Positions 1 to 11,236 of a DNA stretch of 64,000 nt are shown in pieces. The stretch is from Octopus vulgaris. Lineage: Eukaryota. A program made the position numbers and the translations under genes. Location of the stretch: NCBI GenBank assembly GCA_951406725.2, contig OX597814.1, forward strand, positions 49,228,001 to 49,292,000. The letters run 5' to 3'. Below the pieces are notes generated by a model. It did not search any database, was not told where the DNA came from, and saw nothing but the letters and a program-made list of their open reading frames with translations. Each line of letters opens with the position of its first letter. Position 1 is the stretch's first letter.

Positions 1-67
1 AAATAAATAAATAAATAAAATTACGTTCTTAATGAAAAGAGACATCATTTGCATTAATGATGACTCT

Positions 68-285
68 TGGCAGTGAGCTGACAGAATTGTTAGCACAACT
101 AACAAAATGCTTAGCAGTATTTCGTCCATCTTCCCAATCTGAGTTCAAATTCTGGCAAGGTCAACTTTGCCTTTCATATTTTTGGCGTCGATGAAATAAG
201 TACCAGTTAAGTTCTAAGGTCTATGTAATTGACTTTCCCCTTCCCCTGAAATTTCAGGCCTTATGCCTCTTTGTAGAAAGGATTA
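68..285 (+). mobile_element. tRNA-derived SINE family B (Meta-domain-like core)
   Basis: gagctg.cagaat.gttagc head, gagttcaaattc B box, actttgcctttcat...aagtaccag core resembling the MetaSINE domain. Confidence 0.82.
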
Positions 286-637
286 CTTATGACTATTATC
301 AATAAGAGCAAGGGAGACAACTCCAAATTAAATAAAGCTGTACAGCAGGGAGTCAATTTGATCTTTGGTAGATGTATTGACAACTCCAGGGTTGTTTCAG
401 TAAAATTAGACTGCCTCACAAAGCATAGACTTATCTGTATTTAGACACAAACTCTAGAGAGTGTTGGGTGTTTTATTCTTTTGCCATATTTCGTGTCTCA
501 CCATTGAGTCTCATTTGTTATACAGTTATTATATCATTGAAGTTACTATTGAATACCGTACGTTTATTGATACAGTTCTCAAAAGAATTCTTGATATAGC
601 TTTTTGTTAATAAAATTCTTCAATCTTCTTTCTAATG

Positions 638-1025
638 GGCATGGTTGTGTGGTTAAAAGGTTCATTTCACATCAACTTGGTTTCATGTTCAACCTTACTG
701 TATATCACCTTGAGCAAATGACTTTTTCTATCACCCCTGATCTAGCAAAGCCTTGTGAGTGGATTTGGTAGACAGAAACTGAAAGAAGTCTTGCACACAC
801 ACACACAATTATGTGTGTCTCTGTGTTTGTTCCCCACCACGACCACTTGACAACTGCTGTTTGTTTATGTTCCAATAACTTAGTGGCTCAGCAAAGGAGG
901 CTGATAGAACAAGTATCAGGCTTAAGAAAAAAAAGTACTGATGTTGATTTGTTCAAATAAATCCTTCAAGGCAGTGCTCCAACATGGCTGTAGTCCAAAG
1001 ACTGAAACAAGTAAGAAGTAAAAGG
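638..1025 (+). mobile_element. SINE family A, diverged copy
   Basis: Colinear with 7507-7912. Confidence 0.85.
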
Positions 1026-1444
1026 AAAAAAGTTCTAGATCATATCTTCTGCTCTATTGAAAAATATTTTCCAATATTTACTAGTTCTGGTCGCAATTCT
1101 GATTTCTTTGAGTCTCTTTTGAAGTTGCTTTTCGATTACCATTAATTGAAAAGAGACTTCTGTTGTTCACGACTTTCAACTGAAGGCTCACCAAATAACG
1201 GCAATATTTCTGTCAAGAATTGCAACCAAATGTGAAAAACCAATGGAAACTTAGATTCAAACAGATCAATTGCCATCACCACCACATAAGCGCTACTACC
1301 ACTAACTTTTCTATAATTTTTATATGCTTAGAGCTTTTTCAGTTTCCTATATAGGTCTCAGTTTTCTTCGATCTTTTATCTTTCAGATTTTATTGATATT
1401 ATGAGGAAAGGAAAATTATTTAATTGGGCATATATTCTTTATAT

Positions 1445-1639
1445 GATTAGCTTCAAATTCTGGCACATGACCAGCAATTTTGAGGACCTCAGTTTTCAAC
1501 TGGTACTTACTTTATCAACCCCAAAAGGATGAATAGCAAAGTCAACGTCAGCAGAATTTGAACTCAGAACATAAAGACAGATAAAATGTCACTAAGCATT
1601 TTGCCCAGCATACTAACGATTCTGCCAGCTCACTGCCAT
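1445..1639 (-). mobile_element. SINE family B
   Basis: Reverse complement of family B; flanked by tattctttatat duplication. Confidence 0.82.
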
Positions 1640-4600
1640 TATTCTTTATATAATTATTAATTAGTATGAATTGTAAACTTGCTGATTTGATATTATAATC
1701 TGTCTACATAGAAAACCCAGTCTCATGAGATTTTATTTTGAGCATCCTCTAGTTTTGGTTCTCAGTGGTTTCGCATTTATTTTCATATATATATTTACAT
1801 ACTTCCTAATGAACTTTCCTTCCCACATATCATGTGTTGTGTGTGTGTGTGCGTTTTGTAATTTCTTTGGTTATTAAAAATAGTGACAGTAGAGGTTTAC
1901 ATGGAAGATGCTTAGTTGTGATGTTAAAACCTTTCCAATTTTCACCTCAAGATTCAGATCACCCTTACCTCTGGGTAAATATTCTCTTCCTATCCTATCT
2001 TATAGGAGATGCTGCTATAGATTTAATCTATTTAGCCTCATCATAACTTCTTTTCACTCAAGTAAAACCTCTTGCTTCTCCTCTCCTCCCCCTTTTGATG
2101 GAGAGTAAATGAAACACTACCCATCAGCATTTTCTTTATCCCTTCATACAACTACTTTGCAAATATCAAAGAAAAACTGCTTGATTGTTTTTGCTCATTG
2201 GTTGGGACTGTTTTTTCCAAAGACAGATTTTCTCATGATTTAACTTAGGTCTACAAGTCAAGAACTAGTTGGGTTTATAGAGAAAAGTCTTCATCACCAA
2301 AATCTATTGCATCCAAGAAGTTACATCTAATAGTTGTGTAACCTCAGATCTGTTCTGATTGAGCAGACCTGTTATCAAAAGCCATGATCATAGCATATCT
2401 AAGAATACATTAACCAACATGACTTCTCTTTTTAAAGATGGAACAAGCTATTTGAGGTGGATTTTACTGCTATTTTTAGCATGTTGGGTAAACATGTATA
2501 GGCTCTCTTTTTGGCTTGACATCTGACAAGCTAGAATGCTCTGTGCAGTACTCTTTATCAGCACTACTAGGCCAAAATCTTCAGAATGTGTACATAGTCC
2601 TCAACCCAAAAGTCCTTCAGTAGCGGCTGTGCTGTTCTCTTTTCTATTGTTAGACCAAACCATTTGGAACTTAACTGAGATCATTACTGACACCAACCAA
2701 AATAGACTTAGTCTTCCAAGTGCAAAGTCTCTTGTCTAGTTGTTAGTTTTTAGTCCCTGGTAAACTCTTATTAAACAGATCTTTAACCATAGTCTTTTTT
2801 TTTTTTTTTGGTTTTCATTTTTTTTTTGCATAATATACTCTGGATTTCGTTATCTAATGTGTCCTTCATTTTTGCAGGTGTAATTTCAGGGAGATTTGGT
2901 TGCTATTTCTTGTTGATTGAGTGGCAACATAGAGACTTTTTTGTTGACTTGCAAATCTAGTAATCTGTCTTGGTTCATTTTGTATGAATCAGCACTGATC
3001 CTAAAACCAATAAAATAATGATCTTCTACATACTATGTCCATCATAAAATAACAGTATGTAGAAGTAAGCTAACAAGCTGAGACACCTCCCAAAATAAAT
3101 ATAGAAATGAAAATATTACAGGTCAAAAATATGTGAAAACATGGCTAAGAAATTCACTTTGCAATCACATAGTTCTGGGTTTGATCCTAACACAGCCTTG
3201 GTTGATCAATGCCTTATGGGTAAAATTCAGTTGATAAAATTTGCCAAAGCCTATCATATGCATATCTTTTGTTGATGTATATTGGCACAAGATATACTTT
3301 TCAATGTTTCTAGAGAAGAAACATGAAAGCCAATGATGGCCTTGTATACCAGAATAATGGATGTTAGGTGCATCTGAGCTTAAAATTCTTAAGTTTGTGT
3401 CTTGCCTAAATGCATTCAAATCAAGAAAGACACACAGAGAGGTAGGTAGAAAAAGATTACATGAAATGCTTGGCAATAAGAAAGACACTATATGGAAGTA
3501 GGATTATTTCAGAAGAAAATGGCTGTAAAGCTGGTACAAAAGACTAAGAACTGCATCATATGCAGTACAGTAAGCAACCAAAGTACTACTTACTTTAGTG
3601 CAAAGGAATTTTCTTTGCACTTCGCTATAATCACCATAATAATTTTCAGTATGCTAAGGTTAAGAGTTTATTTTATGGCAATAGTTTTAGGTTTTCATGG
3701 TATTAGGTGTCTTGTAGTATGAAGCAGGAAGCACACACATGTTTAAGTTTATCCTTAATTTGACTCTTTGTAGATAATGTAACGTTGTTAGTGAGTACTT
3801 GTTTAAAAAGACTGGAAGAGCCCTAACAGACTGGGCTGTCTCTAAACCTGTGAAAATGTCAGTCAGTGTTTTGGTGCGTTCTGTTTATGAGAAACCAGTT
3901 TCTAAGGTGGTATACAAGAGATTAGTTACTAGTGTTGCCCTGCTTATCAGATACATTAATAATGTTAAAGTTGAAAGAACCTGCTTTCACTGTGTAGGGT
4001 TGTCTTCAATTGTATAGCCATATTATGAATAAGATAACATTTAATTGTTTTATGTAGTTTTACTTTTTTTACCATTTGAATAGTGAATTTTCTTATGACT
4101 CTCCCCCATCGCACACACGCACAGAGTATATCTGAAGTATTCTCCCAGTCTGTTGTTAATAGTGTATGCCTCCCGGTCATACATAAACCCTGAAATCTCT
4201 CACTGTTACATTTTTACTTCATAATAACATTGCTCTTAAAATCTTCAGACCACCTCCTAAACTTTACCTTTATTTTCCACCAATGCTACTACTATTTTCC
4301 AAGTTAAATGTCAATGCACCTAACCAAACCTAACCAATTAACCTATTTGTACACCCCAGTGCGTATCTTGTTGATTGTATGATGACTTTAGCATGTTTTT
4401 AAATGCTATTTATATGCTTATTAGAAATCCTTCCTAATATATGTTAGAAAATATTTATTTCTATACTTTATTGATCATTTTAGTTGTTTATCAATATAGG
4501 AACTAAAGTGAACTTCTTTTAGACATCTGTTTTGTTTTTAAGAACAGAGGTTTGTTTTTATTTTTACTCTCTTCTTTCTCTGAAGCTTATCACCATCATG

Positions 4601-4701
4601 ACCATTGCCACTATCATCATCATCATCATCATCAACATCAGCAGAAACATTTGCAGCATTACTGTTTTGGTTTAATATACACTTCTCTGTACTGTATTTG
4701 A

Positions 4702-4747
<46 letters not shown>

Positions 4748-4753
4748 TATATA

Positions 4754-5245
4754 CAGAGTGCGGTGAATATATTATCATCTAAATTACACAAAAATGACAT
4801 CTCCTTTTAACAGATATATTTATCAAAATTGGATAAAAAATATCTTCAAATACTAAAGAGTAAATTTATTCAATAAAATCGCCATTGGCTTCAACCACAG
4901 CCTCCAGACGACTTTGGAATATCGTGCAACTCTTCTGGACGGTCTCCTTGTCTAAAGTGGTGAATGCTGCCATAATCCTTGCTTTCAGTTCATCTTCGGT
5001 ATTACAAGGAGTTTTGTAGGTCTCTCGCTTAACTGCCCCACACATAATAATCAAGGAGGTTGCAGTCTGGAGACTTAGGTGGCCAGATGTTAGGGCTGAT
5101 GTGGTCGCAGAAATTGTCAGACAGCCATGACTGGATTTTCCTGCTTGTGTGGCATGGTGCAGAGTCATGTTGCCAGACATAAGATCTTCCAGCAGTCACC
5201 CTCTTGACCTAGGACAGCACTATCTCCTCCAGGCACTTGATGTTG
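4754..5245 (-). mobile_element. Tc1/mariner (DD37D, maT-type) transposon 3' fragment, frameshifted
   Basis: Minus strand WQHDSAPCHT...WPPKSPDCNLLDYYVWG with 37 residues between the last two catalytic Asp, then ...RLEAVVEANGDFIE*; terminus CAGAGTG after TA. Confidence 0.88.
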
Positions 5246-5351
5246 CCTTTCATCCTTTCAGGGTTGATAGAATAATACCAGTTGAGTACAGGGGCTGATG
5301 GAATCGACTTATCCCCTCCCCCAAAATTTCAGGCCTTCTGCCAAAATTTGA

Positions 5352-5409
<58 letters not shown>

Positions 5410-5539
5410 GTTTTCTTTTAGGTAGGGAGCCATAAGATATTTATGGGTCTACAACAACATACTAGTTGAACTCAACTTTTAAGGCCTTGCCTCTATTTAT
5501 ATTGCAGTAGTCATCATATTATTGCCATTACATGTTTGT

Positions 5540-6100
5540 CAAAATCACCAGACATGATAATGCAGTTGTTGTCATTTATTATGGAATAATCAGTATGAAA
5601 GAGGACCTCAGAGAAACATCTTATGCACCTATTAATCCTGAATGTGGTGCATAAGCAGAAATCACAGTTGCTGTTGTGCTACCTAAAGCTAATTCAAGCT
5701 TAATTATTCTGTCACATATCCTGACTATCTCAGTTGCTTTATCCAGTTTTCTGCTAATAATATGCCTGCTCCACCCACTGTTCCTTGTGTATGAAATATC
5801 TGGCAGAAGGTTCACTCCATTCTATGTTTTTGATGCCATACATCAACTAGTAAATAGCATACATCTAGGAGTAGGTGCACAACTAGTAGATGGTGCACAT
5901 CTGCTAGATGACATTTATCTACTCACCTCCATTCTAGTAATTTTATAATCTCTCCAGATAATTTCAATATTGATGATGGTAGCTCTGAATTTTTGCACCT
6001 GACAGGAAGAGGATAGTTCCTGGTGCTGTGTGACTTGTCTATTTTCTGCATCTGAACAGAAAGGAGTTGGTGCAATTCTCTGGTATGATTGACATGAGTT
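5540..6100 (-). mobile_element. Degraded RTE-type LINE, AP-endonuclease region
   Basis: RICDRIIKLELALGSTTATVISAYAPHSGL resembles the APE domain SAYAP motif; boundaries approximate. Confidence 0.7.
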
Positions 6101-6869
6101 CACACATGGCTAGATTTTCACACCTGGATACCCCTCTACCATACACATCACTACCATTTTAAGCACTAGATATACAGCAGTCAGGTATTTTTTTGTATTT
6201 AATTTGTAACTGTCATGATTTCATATGGTTTGTATTTGGCAAGGCACCCTTTCTATGAATGCCTGCTTTACACCATGGTCAGGGTGCCTTTGCTAATGCC
6301 ACTGGTATTAGAGAGGGGCTTTTTCAGAACTAAAGACTTTCCCCTCCCTCCCCTCCACCCACCCCTCTCTCTTTCTCAATCAGTTTTTAATTTAGAGTTT
6401 CAGCTCACCTAGATTTCACAGCAACTTCCTGTGTCCATGTCTACCTCTATGGCTGGCTTTGTCTAAATTCCAAGCTGGGTTAACTTCATTATAACTATAT
6501 AGGCAACACCTCTTCTTTATGTTGGGTATAATACATAGTTTATTAGATAGTCTTCACAGGTGGCAGCTTGCAGATGGGCAAAGCGTTTTCTCAGGCAGAG
6601 ACAGGGATGTTTAGTTGGGAACTGAGATGACCTTCATAACATTTTGTAAGGGGTCAAAAAGAAGGGCATTTACCTACTAACTATTGTACATGCATGTGCA
6701 TATGTACAGACTTATGTATTTATATACACTAGTATTATTAACTGCATTTGTATATATATGTGTAATATATATATGCATGCGCACACAGATGTACATAAAT
6801 ATAGATAGATAGGAGAATAAATAGACAGATATACAGGTATACTTAGGAAGAGGAAGAGTCAAAAGTACA

Positions 6870-7360
6870 AGCCATGCACATATTTTGTAATGTAATGTGA
6901 AATGTTCTGGATTGCAAAGAGAGAATTAAGATGCTGTTGGGAGAGATAGATGGAATAATAGCAGTGCACTTGCCTTAGTTATGCCAAAATGAAAGAATCA
7001 TGGAAATGCTACCTGAAGAGTTGGTTGAATGAAGAGAATGTATGGGAGAATTGTGATTCTGCTCCCAACAGATTTAACAGTGAGCAGCTACTGAGGTTGA
7101 AAAGCTTTGCAGTGAAAATGTGACGAGAGAAATGAAGGCTGAAAAAGCAGCTGGAGCACCTGGGTAGTTGCTGTGATACTGAGAATATTTCGAGAAGTAG
7201 GTCATGCACTAATCATAAATATATGGTCAATGAACGAGTACTGAGAGATGTTATACCCAACAATTTGTTGTGTCTGATCCTGAAGGGCCTGTTAACAAGA
7301 GACAGGTGATAGGATTTGAATTAAAAATGCACAGATCTGAAACATATATTGCAAGGCATC
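6870..7360 (+). mobile_element. Highly degraded LINE fragment upstream of the RT domain
   Basis: Broken frame MKAEKAAGAPG..ILRIFREVG..VIPN resembles the KAPGP.G..EMLK region of RTE ORFs. Confidence 0.45.
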
Positions 7361-7506
7361 TCCTGCAATCCCACAATACTCAATCATTTTGTCCATATCC
7401 TGTCCTGGATAGGCTCTTTATCAACCCCAAAAGGAAGAAAGGCAAATTAATTCAAGTGTGATCTGAACTCAAAGGGTGTAGCTCAATATATATAGATATA
7501 TATATT

Positions 7507-7912
7507 GGAGTGGCTGTGTGGTAAGTAGCTTGTTTACCAACCACATGGTTCCGGGTTCAGTCCCACTGCGTGGCATCTTGGGCAAGTGTCTTCTGCTATA
7601 GCCTCAGGCCGACCAATGCCTTGTGAGTGGATTTGGTAGACAGAAACTGAAAGAAGCCTGTCGTATATATGTATATATATATATATGTATGTGTGTGTGT
7701 TTGTGTCTGTGTTTGTTCCCCTAGCATTGCTTGACAACTGATGCTGGTGTGTTTACGCCCCTGTCACTTAGCGGTTCGGCAAAAAGAGACCGATAGAATG
7801 AGTACTGGGCTTACAAAAAGAATAAGTCCCGGGGTCGAGTTGCTCGACTAAAGGCGGTGCTCCAGCATGGCCGCAGTCAAATGACTGAAACAAGTAAAAG
7901 AGTAAAAGAGAG
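7507..7912 (+). mobile_element. tRNA-derived SINE family A, full-length young copy
   Basis: A box TGGCTGTGTGGT, B box GGTTCAGTCCC, internal (TA/TG)n, (AGTAAAAG)n tail; several copies in window. Confidence 0.9.
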
Positions 7913-8081
7913 TATATGTATGTATATGTGTGTATGTAGGTATATAATTTAATATTTTGCATAGGCATAGCAATACTAATAACTTGGTGTTAGAACACAA
8001 TATACATGTTTCAATATGCCAGTATATATATATTACATCTCTCTCTCCCTTTCTCTCTTTCTTTTTCTCTCTGTCTCCCTC

Positions 8082-8146
<65 letters not shown>

Positions 8147-8181
8147 GTATATATATATGTATGTGTGTGTGTATATATATA

Positions 8182-8572
8182 TAATTGTTATCGCCATATT
8201 AATATGGCATTCTTATAGAAAACAAGTGGATGTATTCCACTGAAACTAGATAAATATAAGCCTTCGAACAGAGACGTCAGTGGCGACACCTGCGGGGTCT
8301 GACTGCGCTACATTGACAAGGGGCAATACCCCGAAACGTGTCTGTAGCTGTCGGACTGGCAGTGTGAAGCGGCTGACCTCCCTTGTTCAAAGGTTATAAT
8401 GGATACAGATCGTGTATCAATAGCTATCTTAAGGCGGTGGCCTCATGGAGCTGACCAGCGGCAGCGTTTATTCTTATATCTATAAGAATGCCATATTAAT
8501 ATGGCGATAACAATTAATTTCCAGTAAACGCTGTCGTAATCTCTTTTATAGAGACTTAGTAATTTTAATATT
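8182..8572 (+). mobile_element. Penelope-like element remnant (pseudo-LTR with inverted 5' segment)
   Basis: 38-bp inverted repeat (8182-8219 / 8479-8516), internal hammerhead, both ends in (TA)n tracts. Confidence 0.7.
8297..8356 (+). ncRNA. Type I minimal hammerhead ribozyme motif (U3:A8 core variant)
   Basis: Stem I GCTACA/TGTAGC extended by GTCTGAC/GTCGGAC; core TTGACAA; stem II GGGG-CAATA-CCCC; GAAA; loop CGTG; TC cleavage site. Confidence 0.8.
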
Positions 8573-8603
<31 letters not shown>

Positions 8604-8855
8604 TTTGGGGACAGTGCAAGCCAACAGTTGTTCTGTGTGTTCACCATCTGTTTGTATTGACGCTTCCAGCACAAATGCCAAGCAGTACAGCATGTTGTTT
8701 CCAAATTTCTGGCAGAGTGAATTGTAGCATGGTTCTGTCTTTTTCACAGACAGTGCCCAACTGATCCTACTATACTGTGTCGATAAAATCAAAAACAAAC
8801 AAGGCACATGCATGAAATTAAATATGTAAAATGGCGGCAATTTACCCGTTGCACA

Positions 8856-8898
<43 letters not shown>

Positions 8899-8901
<3 letters not shown>

Positions 8902-9697
8902 TCAGTAAAAGCAATTAAGATTCAAGCGAGTTCCAATGAATTCACATGAATGCGGTACTTAACTTAGATGCACCAGAAATCTATATGGTATTAACCATAA
9001 AATAATGTGGGGTGATTATAAACAAGAAAAAAGCAACAAGAATGGATTAGTTTTTCAGTACAATTGTTTCATACGAAGAACAGCTTTATTAAAAGCTGCA
9101 AATGTTGCAGCAAATACAAGTGTCCCGTACTCATCAGCCAAAACACATATGAGTTTTCCAAACATCCTAGGGGGTGAGGCTACCCTCATGAAGTATCGAA
9201 GAGAGTTCTATAAAAAGCAAATTTAGATTGTAAGCAGACTTCCAAAGTTCTCTAATGATGCACAGTTTTATAAAAGGTTTTAAAAAAGCTTGTTAGCTTT
9301 ACAGAAAATGTAAATCCATCCATAATAATGTAGGTGTAATTTCCGGAGATATGAGGAGATATTTCATACTCAGAGACGATGAATTTATCCATAATAAAGT
9401 AGGTATAATTTCCTGATATATGAGAAAATGCTGATCACATTTCTGTTCATTTCACATAATTCCAACATAGTAGTTTTGTGAAATGAACAGAAATGTGATC
9501 AGCATCTTCTCATATATCAGGAAATTATACCTACTTTATTATGGATAAATTCATTGTCTCTGAGTATGAAATATCTCCTCATATCTCCGGAAATTACACC
9601 TACATTATTATGGATGGATTTACATTTTCTGTGAAGCTAACAAGCTTTTTTAAAACCTTTTATAAAACTGTGCATCATTAGAGAACTTTGGAAGTCT
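8899..9697 (-). mobile_element. Penelope-like element remnant with 221-bp fold-back
   Basis: Starts at a (TA)n tract, hammerhead at 9050-9146, near-perfect inverted arms 9236-9456 / 9477-9697. Confidence 0.7.
9050..9146 (-). ncRNA. Type I hammerhead ribozyme motif with extended stem II
   Basis: Minus strand: GTGTTTTGG-CTGATGA-GTACG...CGTAT-GAAA-CAATTG (palindrome)-TA-CTGAAAAAC; stem I relies partly on G-U pairs. Confidence 0.72.
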
Positions 9698-10265
9698 CAG
9701 TGAGGCCTAATGTTCGAAGGTCGGGCTTCACCACCTCATCCCAGGTCTTCCTGGGTCTACCTCTTACACAGGTTCCCTCAACCACTAGGGTGTGGCAATT
9801 TTTCACACAGCTATCCTCATCTATTCTTGCCACATGACCATACCAGTGCAGTCTTTCTTGCACATTCCATCTGATGCTTCTTAGGTCCAACTTTTCTCTC
9901 AAGGTACTTACACTCTGTCGAGTATGAACACTGACATTACACATCCATCGGAGCATACTGGCTTCATTTCTTGCGAGCTTACACATATCCTCAGCAGTCA
10001 CAGCCCATTTTTCACTGCCATGTAGCATGGCTGTTTGTACACATGTGTCATACAGTCTACCTTTTATTCTGAGTGAGGGGCCCTTTGTCACCAGCAGAGG
10101 TAAGAGCTCTCTGAACTTTGCCCAGGCTATTCTTATTCTGGCAGCTACACTTTCAGTGCACCCGCCCCCACTACTGACTTGGTCATGTAGGTAACAGAAG
10201 CAATCAATTACTTTTAGTTTTTCTCCCTGGAATGTGGCAGTTGTTCTCTGCACATTTTCAGTGTT
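9698..10265 (-). mobile_element. RTE-clade LINE fragment, RT C-terminal region
   Basis: ORF 9678-10253: ARIRIAWAKFRELLPLL...LHGSEKW...WYGHVAR...RGRPRKTWDEVV; homologous to 48290-48809. Confidence 0.92.
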
Positions 10266-10766
10266 TATATCTTTTCATATCTTCATTTGTATTTTATGCG
10301 TAACATTCACCTGAATTTTTGTCATTCATATTAGTTTCCATTTGTCTCTTAATCATCTTAAGTTGGAATATATAATGATAGATAAAGTTGACCTGAAGAT
10401 TGGGGTTGTATATAAGGGGAGGTTCTGTAAGAGACTGTGTGTCTCAGGAACATAGTATACAACCTCATGAAACACATGTAGTCATAAACTTTGAACACAA
10501 ATAGTAAGTATTAAATATAATATTGTATGACATGGTGGAATTTGTATTCTGATTTGTTAAATTTTATGGGGATTTCTGCCTCTAATTGATACTTTGATAT
10601 ATATATATATTGAGAGAGATAGATAGGTATATAGGTATATAGTTGAGGTTATAAGAGAAGGATATAATTAATAAATATCCTGGAAACAGCTGTAAGACCA
10701 TCTATCTATAAATGTTCTAATATCTACACACCCTTGGTTTCTTTATCTCATTACGCAAAAAATTCT

Positions 10767-10770
<4 letters not shown>
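10266..10770 (+). mobile_element. Penelope-like pseudo-LTR remnants (probably two)
   Basis: Intact hammerhead at 10384-10492 and a degenerate one at about 10647-10699, each segment ending in (TA)n; boundaries approximate. Confidence 0.55.
10384..10492 (+). ncRNA. Type I hammerhead ribozyme motif with extended stem II
   Basis: TGAC-CTGAAGA-T-TGGGGTTGTATA...TATACAACCTCA-T-GAAA-CACATG-TA-GTCA; outer AAAGTT/AACTTT pairing. Confidence 0.78.
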
Positions 10771-10854
<84 letters not shown>

Positions 10855-10865
10855 TAGATAGATAA

Positions 10866-11106
10866 GAAAGTTGGTTTGTGAAAGCACGTGGTTGAATATA
10901 TGAAAATAGTAAAAAGTGAAAAAACTACAGAAGGCTTAAAGGTTAAAAATATATATATATTTGAGTCAATATGTCTGAAGAATATTAAAAATTTTTTTAA
11001 TATTGTAAGAAAAAAAGAAAAAAAAATTTAATATTCTTCAGACATATTGACTCAAAAATATATATTTTTTAACCTTTAAGCCTTCTGTAGTTTTTTCACT
11101 TTTTAC

Positions 11107-11112
<6 letters not shown>
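10866..11112. mobile_element. Fold-back insertion in (TA)n, Penelope-like architecture
   Basis: About 87-bp inverted arms (about 10903-10989 / 11027-11112) between two long (TA)n tracts; no ribozyme seen. Confidence 0.55.
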
Positions 11113-11181
<69 letters not shown>

Positions 11182-11236
11182 CACACACACACACACACAC
11201 ATATATACACACACACACACATACACATATATATAA

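Noticed and set aside
7507-7570. tRNA genes
   Set aside because: The A/B boxes belong to SINE heads; no complete cloverleaf was seen
7957-8243. ORFs rich in YI/CV/HT repeats (also 11038-11226, 12303-12808, 51437-52012)
   Set aside because: Translations of (TA)n, (TG)n and (CA)n microsatellites
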